From Dimorphilus gyrociliatus (lineage: Eukaryota > Animalia > Annelida): 64,000 nucleotides of DNA. Numbering within the stretch: the first letter of the stretch is position 1; every line of letters begins with the position of its first letter. The position numbers were made by a program, and so were the translations under genes. The notes below the pieces were generated by a model that was not told where the DNA came from, ran no database searches, and saw nothing but the letters and a program-made list of their open reading frames with translations. Shown piece after piece: positions 60,576 to 64,000 of the stretch. The stretch covers positions 1,299,643 to 1,363,642 of the forward strand of contig CAJFCJ010000014.1 in the NCBI GenBank assembly GCA_904063045.1, read 5' to 3'.

Positions 60576-61729
60576 TCACCAATCAGCATCGCCAGTTGCT
60601 TTTTGAAAAACATAATCCTTTCCTTTAAGATTCATTATTCCGTCTTTTAATGTGAACTTCCATTTAGTCTTATTTCGATTAATCTGTTATTAGATAAAGT
60701 AGGATAGTAATGTGCTCTCCGTTCTACTATGGCAAAAAATTAAGAAAAATAATATAGATTAGTTATTACCTTATCGTAAAGGCAAACGACGAGGTTATCG
60801 ACTTCAAACAATGAACCAGTGTCCTCTTCGCTAACATCGTCTCCAGAATTTAGTGACTTTTCTTCCTCTCCTTGCTCTTCTTCCTCTTCATCTTTTTCAG
60901 ATTCGTCAGACGAATTTGAGTCAGATGAAGAGGAGGAATCATTTGCTCCGTCATGTTGTATGATGATCTCCACTTTCTTGCCTTTACAAATAAAGTTCTG
61001 CTTGAAACATCAACATTTGAAAAATTTTAATTAAATACCTTTTCTCCTAGCTTTGTGTTCTGTGATTTGTGATTTAGATGGCAAGGTTTCATCATCGGAA
61101 CCTTTCCCACTTTCATCATCTGCAGTGCCATCTACCTGATTTATACGGTTCTGTTGGTTATTTTGACCAACCATCAAGTTTTGACTTCCAGATTGAATAA
61201 GAAAATTTTGACCGTTAATTTGAATAAGATTTTGACTCAATGAAACAGGAATTTGCATTGCCGCCGAAGCTCCAGCTTGCCCAGAGGTGGTTAGAGTGGG
61301 ATATACTGTTTGTTGTGTTCCCGGTTGGATAACGGATTGCAAGTAAACAGGGGCAGATTTTGTTTCTGTTCCGGAGAATTCTACGACTTTACTTTTCTTC
61401 AATTTCCCTTCCCATAACTACAGATGAAATTTACAGACTTAACTAACTTTTACATGTAAAACCAATAATAATTTAATAACCTGTCTAAGTTCGTGCAGAA
61501 CGTTTTCATCATATCCTTCATCTTGAAATGCTTCCCGAACATTGTTAATAACATCATCTATGACTGATTGGTAAATTTTCCCCTAAAACGAAAATGAAAA
61601 AGTTAGATTCATAGGCCTAAAGCGGACAATTAATGACTGAGAAATATATTTCTCTCTATAATCGCTCAGGTATGAAAAAAAATCATAAAACAAACTAACT
61701 GTGGGATTTTGAGAGGAAGATCCCGACAT
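60576..61729 (-). CDS. GTF2A1: Transcription initiation factor IIA large subunit (alpha/beta precursor)
   Basis: MSGSSSQNPT|GKIYQSVIDDVINNVREAFQDEGYDENVLHELRQ|LWEGKL, QVDG, LNSGDDVS, NLVVCLYDK|INRNKTKWKFTLKDGIM...KATGDADW*. Confidence 0.96.
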
Positions 61730-61813
61730 TCTGATTTCAAAAGTTAATATTTGAGCATAAAAGTGGACTTCGAAATCGGCTCCACCGAAGCCAGACTGTC
61801 AAGTTTCCGATCC

Positions 61814-61890
61814 CTTATATACTTCGTTTTCCGTTAAAAATGGCGGATTATAATTATTCGTGGTCACGTGATATATTGAGGCGCCATCTA
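61814..61890. promoter_or_regulatory. GTF2A1 promoter: TATA (minus strand), YY1-like AAAATGGCGG, E-box GTCACGTGA, CTCF-like GGCGCCATCTA
   Basis: TATATAAG on the minus strand at 61814-61821; AAAATGGCGG 61837-61846; CACGTG 61865-61870; GGCGCCATCTA 61880-61890. Confidence 0.5.
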
Positions 61891-62389
61891 TCGAATAATA
61901 TTGAAATAGTCATTTTCCGCTGTTTAGTTCTCTTGTCTAAAATCTGCTCTCTTCTTGATAGTTGGGAAGTGTAAATTTACTTAAAAGCCAATACGACTTC
62001 CCCTCTGACAATTGACCCAAAACAGAATGAGCATAGTTTTCGGCTGACATAAATCGGTGGGGGTAAAATTGCTACAGTAACTTTCTCGTGGGAAAATGCA
62101 ATTTAAACACGCTCCATCCGTTTTCCAAACACGACTCTCGGAGGAATCATTAACTAAGTGGGCACTACTTTTTTCCCTCTCTAAATAGTCTTTTAACAGC
62201 TTTTCCTAATTATTAAACAATTATTTATTTATTTTTAAATTAAAATTAAATGACCCGTTACCTGTATACGATCAAACGCTTTTCACGTTAAGTTGACCTA
62301 AGGTCCAGGCCACAAGCGGTTTTTTTTTGAGTATTTCAAATAAAAGGCCTTTGAAAATGTAAATGATTTAAGCCTATATCAACTCGACG

Positions 62390-63605
62390 TCTATTGGTCG
62401 GAAGTTGGCGCGTAGACCACGTAACCGGGTTATTCGGTACACACGTTAGGCCTCACTAGAAAGCAGTTCTGCTCAACGAGGAATTGTAGTGTTTACAGCT
62501 TCGGAGTATACGAATTTAGCTTGAGTCTTTTTTTTTTTACTGAAGGCAGTTTTTTTAACTTCAACGCATTTTTTATTTGCTTCGGAAATTTCCTCCTTCC
62601 ACGTAAGTATAAAGTGAAAAAGTTTAATATTTTAACCTAATACATCATATATATATGACTTGTTTGAATAAAATACGTGCTTAGTCTGCCTTTTAACGGC
62701 TGCGTAGTCTAGGGTAAGGTTTTTTGAATAATAAATAAAACTAATAATAGAAAAGTGAAGCGACCTATAGATTTTTAAGTACCTTATTTAATCAGTTGTT
62801 TTTTTTCTTGTCACGATCAACTATTGTATGATTGGTTTTGACTAGTTGTCTTTCACTCTTTATTTAATCAACGCAATTTTTCTAAGGGATAGAAAGTTTT
62901 AATAATAATTTCAAAAAGTCTTTTGTCTTTCCTTCTCTCCCTACTTTCTCTCTCTCTCTCTCCATCTTCATTCTTTATTTCTTTCAACTTAAACAACAAC
63001 TCACTACTAGGAAAAAAAGACTAGGTTTCTCTCGAGAGTGAGGCGGATGTAAAGTAATCACTTGGTCTACTCTTCGCCGTATGCTATGAATAGTGAGAGT
63101 TTTTTTTGGCTGTAAGATGTAAGAAAGAATTTCCTACAACCGGCTGCTGTGCGCCGTTTGGATAATTACAAGTAAAAGAATTTCCGCCAAACGAGTCGAA
63201 AATTAGGAACGACAGAGTTAAAAAAGAATTTTATCGCATAATTAACTTTAAACTATTTCCGGTTTCATGCCATTAAGACTTTCAATTTTATATTAGTAGT
63301 ATTAAAATTTTCAGAAGGATGTGGAGAAAAGGGTAGGCGAGATGCACAATAGTAAAATATATAAAGTACATTTTTAATACTGTATTAGAGAACTTACTAT
63401 GCTTATAAACGATATATATCTTATAAGTAGTATAAATATGTGTTTCTGTATATAATATACAGTTTATTTCTTTTTATTTTACAGTAAACAGAAGATCGGG
63501 TAGCGGTCCCGAAGAAGAGAAAGTATGCTAGTAATCCGCCAACAGCTTGTTCTATTCTCTCTTTTTGTACTACTATTCGACGAGTCGACCTGTAAAGTCG
63601 GTAAG
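62390..63605 (+). other. Probable promoter and 5' non-coding exons of a gene continuing beyond the window
   Basis: Cluster ATTGG / CGGAAGT / TTGGCGCG (CCAAT-, ETS- and E2F-like) at about 62393-62412; donor-like GTAAGT near 62603; an acceptor...donor-bounded segment at about 63484-63600. No convincing coding frame. Confidence 0.35.
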
Positions 63606-64000
63606 AAATGTTTTTTAAATGCACATTCCATCGACGAATTACTTCAATGCAATCATTGTTATTATAACAAGACTATTGAAAAAAATCCTTTTCTTTGCAC
63701 GTTTTACTCTTATTATAAAAAGAGAAAAAAAGAACAAAGATTAGGTATCCTGGATATTTTTGTTCACCCTTGCAAGAAAAATAGTAGGCAAACCTTTACC
63801 TATGTCTGAGTGTACTCTATAGACATTCCGAATTTCGATGGATATATAGAACAGGGAGAGAGATTTTAAGCCTATTTTTCATTAATAATACTACTAACTT
63901 GGATTGTTTTCTATATTTATTTCTCTAATCAATTCTATTATTTTGAAATATTTTCCCTCTTAATCTTTCCCTCCCTCCCTCCCTCCTCCTATCATTACCT

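Noticed and set aside
62395-62540. GC-rich segment ending in a poly-T run as a Pol III RNA
   Set aside because: Better explained as a Pol II promoter (CCAAT-, ETS- and E2F-like motifs) followed by a 5'UTR; no match to U6, U6atac, Y or vault RNA as I recall them.

Overview
AT-rich animal genomic DNA, not prokaryotic: short GT-AG introns of about 50-200 nt, many (AT)n/(GA)n microsatellites, and no CRISPR array, rRNA or tRNA recognised. Compact housekeeping blocks (neighbouring CDSs often 140-450 bp apart, head-to-head or tail-to-tail) alternate with long microsatellite-rich spacers around signalling genes. The two-DBD nuclear receptor and the compaction suggest a small-genome lophotrochozoan, possibly an annelid such as Dimorphilus (inference only). 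I rebuilt 15 protein-coding genes by hand: calcineurin B, eEF1-gamma, Golgi alpha-mannosidase II, TopBP1, ETFDH, MRPL14, an orphan class A GPCR, a raw/OLRN-1 homologue, BRCA2, a triple-THAP protein, a 2DBD nuclear receptor, ARV1, MNAT1, an Rv2258c-like methyltransferase, liprin-beta, plus Gemin7 and TFIIA large subunit (17 in all). Best leads: (1) Raw, with two nucleoside-deoxyribosyltransferase-like (NDT) domains that both keep the putative catalytic Glu, separated by a degenerate EF-hand pair; (2) a GPCR with a rebuilt Na+ pocket and an E3.28/R7.43 pair at the rhodopsin counterion and retinal positions; (3) an intronless bacterial-type methyltransferase 167 bp from the MNAT1 start; (4) the 2DBD receptor with a possible one-DBD isoform; (5) a non-myristoylatable calcineurin B first exon; (6) intronic H/ACA snoRNA candidates; (7) a start codon split by an intron. 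All exon coordinates were derived by eye, with no database searches.
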